Shown here: piece after piece, positions 62,080-64,000 of the stretch
Position numbering within the stretch: the first letter of the stretch is position 1
Layout of the letters: each line of letters opens with the position of its first letter
Source of the DNA: Hypanus sabinus
Lineage: Eukaryota
Direction of reading: 5' to 3'
Assembly: GCF_030144855.1 (NCBI RefSeq)
Contig: NC_082731.1
Coordinates: 10,974,001-11,038,000, forward strand
Length of the DNA stretch: 64,000 nt
Made by a program: the position numbers and the translations under genes
Notes under the pieces: generated by a model
What the model saw: only the letters and a program-made list of their open reading frames with translations
What the model was told of the DNA's origin: nothing
Database searches by the model: none

Positions 62080-62955
62080 GAATAAAATCTCTCACTCAAT
62101 GTCAGCAAGACCAAGGAGCTGATTATTGACTACAGGAGGTGAAAACCGCGGGTCTATCAGCCGGTCATCATAGGGGTCAAAGGAGGAGAAAGTTAGCAAC
62201 TTCACATTCCTCTGCGTTCTCATTTCAGAGGATCTATCCAGAGTCCAGCTGGTAAGTGCCACTAGAAAGAAAACACGGCAGCGCAACTACTCTCTTAAAA
62301 GTTTGAAAATATCCGGTATGTCATCTAAAACGTGACAAACGTACGCGTTAGTGCCGTGGAGGGTATACTGACTGGTTGCATTACGGTCTGATATGGAAAT
62401 ATCAATGCCGTTGAACGGACATCTTGCAAAACATGGTCGTGAATACACCACAGTTCATGACGAATGCAACCTTCCCCGCCATTAAGCCCATCTATACGCC
62501 GCGCTGTCGCAGGAATGCAGCATTTATCTTCAATGACCCTGGGGTTCCAGGCCACGCTCTCTTCTCGCTGCCGCCATCAGGAGGGAGGTACAGAAGCCTA
62601 GGTACCCAAACTAATTGGTTCGGAATCAAATATTACCCCTTCAATATCAGGTTCTTGAACCAGAAGGAATGCCTTCACTCAACTCCATTCCCCTAGACGT
62701 TGAACTGTTCCCATAACCTATGGGCTCAGTTTTAAAAATATATATATATTCGTCTCATGTTGACGATATTTATTGTTTATTTATTTTACGTTTTTTTTTA
62801 CTGTTTGATTTGCACAGTTTGTCTTTTCCCATTTGGCTGTCCGTCTAAATGTGTGCTGGTTTCTTTGATTCTATTGTGTTTCGTGGTGTTTGCTGAGAAT
62901 GCCCGCAAGAAATTTAATTTCAGGGTTGTGTATGATGACGTATATGTACTTTGAA
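62080..62955 (+). mobile_element. Rex1/Babar 3' fragment upstream of C1
   Basis: LNVSKTKELIIDYRR; FNDPGVPGHALFSLPPSGGRYRSL (ORF 62424-62696). Confidence 0.7.
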
Positions 62956-63399
62956 ATTCGATGATGATGATGATGATATGTAGGCTTGTTAAATGTTAAT
63001 CGTATCTGAAACGTCAGCAGTCTGTCCATATTTCAGTATATAGTATTTTATAGTCTGCACAATTTTCGACTAGGTTTACCTGAATAGGACTAAAGTTATC
63101 TTTCAACTTCAGCACATTTCCATTTTACTCAAACAGCAAGTTGCTGTTGATGATTGCTGAGGTGCACTAAGTGTGGGGATCAACAATGGCAAGTTGACAG
63201 TATATCTACTCAGATAGAGCAGGCAATATATAACATAAGTTGATAACATGAGTTAAGCATGAGTTTAAACTGAGTTGGCAAGGGGAAGGAAACCAGGGTG
63301 TTAGGGTCGAGGAAGAGGAAAATAGAAATAAGTAATGGAAGTCCTGCTGTTCTGGAGGATTAAAACTAATGTAGCAGGGGGATGGGAACAAGTGAAGAG

Positions 63400-64000
63400 A
63401 GACAGAGGGGTGTAAAATGAGAGTAGAAGCAAAAAGTAGTAACGTAAAAAGTAAAAGTAGCAGGCAGGCGAATCCAGGGCAAAAATCAAAAAGGGCCACT
63501 TTTCAACATAATTGCATAAGGGCTAAGAATGTCGTAAAACAAGCCTGGAGGCTCTGTGTGTAAATGCAAGGAGCATTCGTAACAAGATGGATGAATTGAC
63601 TGTGCCGATAGTTATTAATGAATATGATATAGTTGGGATCACAGACATGGCTCCAGGTTGACCAAGGATGGGAGCTCAACATCCAGGGATATTCAATATT
63701 CAGGAGGGATACACAGGAAAGAAAAGGAAGTGGGGTAGCATTGCCAGTTAGTGATCAGATTAATATAATAGAAAGGACGGACATTAGCTGGAGAATGTGG
63801 AATCTATATGGGTAGAGCTGCATAACACTAAGGGGCAGAAAACACTGATGGGAGTTGTGTACAGGCCACCTGACAGTAGTAGTGAGAATGGAGATGGCAT
63901 TAAACAAGAACTTAGAAATGCGTGCAACAAAGAAACAGCAGTTATAATTGGTGACTTTAATCTACATATAGATTAGGTCAACCAAATTTGTAAGGGGGCT
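63400..64000 (+). mobile_element. CR1 ORF2 endonuclease start (cut by the window end)
   Basis: CVNARSIRNKMDEL..QTWLQVDQGWELNIQGYSIFRRD..KGSGVAL; IIGDFNL. Confidence 0.8.

Overview
Repeat-rich vertebrate DNA from a cartilaginous fish (the repeat set suggests a ray, which is inference), with two N gaps. The only host gene I can support is the 3' part of an immunoglobulin heavy-chain gene on the minus strand, best matching IgNAR. It has five open, phase-1 C1-set exons (C1-C5, 61741->53302), a mu-type secretory tailpiece with poly(A) signal, an intact transmembrane exon (TM1a, 49301-49458) and a minimal cytoplasmic exon 'VK*' (37707-37715). V/D/J segments and the promoter must lie beyond position 64000. 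Main unexpected observations: (1) a second, paralogous but frameshifted TM exon (TM1b, 38576-38792) lies between TM1a and the VK* exon and keeps a strong acceptor, which could give novel cytoplasmic or secretory tails; (2) an old, collinear tandem duplication of non-coding DNA (~25.6-30.4 kb vs ~33.2-36.8 kb) lies just 3' of the membrane exons, where a 3' enhancer might sit; (3) CpG density rises sharply at ~15.2 kb and stays high across the Ig locus. The rest is decayed CR1, Rex1/Babar, RTE, Penelope, Gypsy, Tc1/mariner and SINE sequence. Exon boundaries were read by hand from splice sites; repeat boundaries are approximate and family names come from motif recognition, not a database search.
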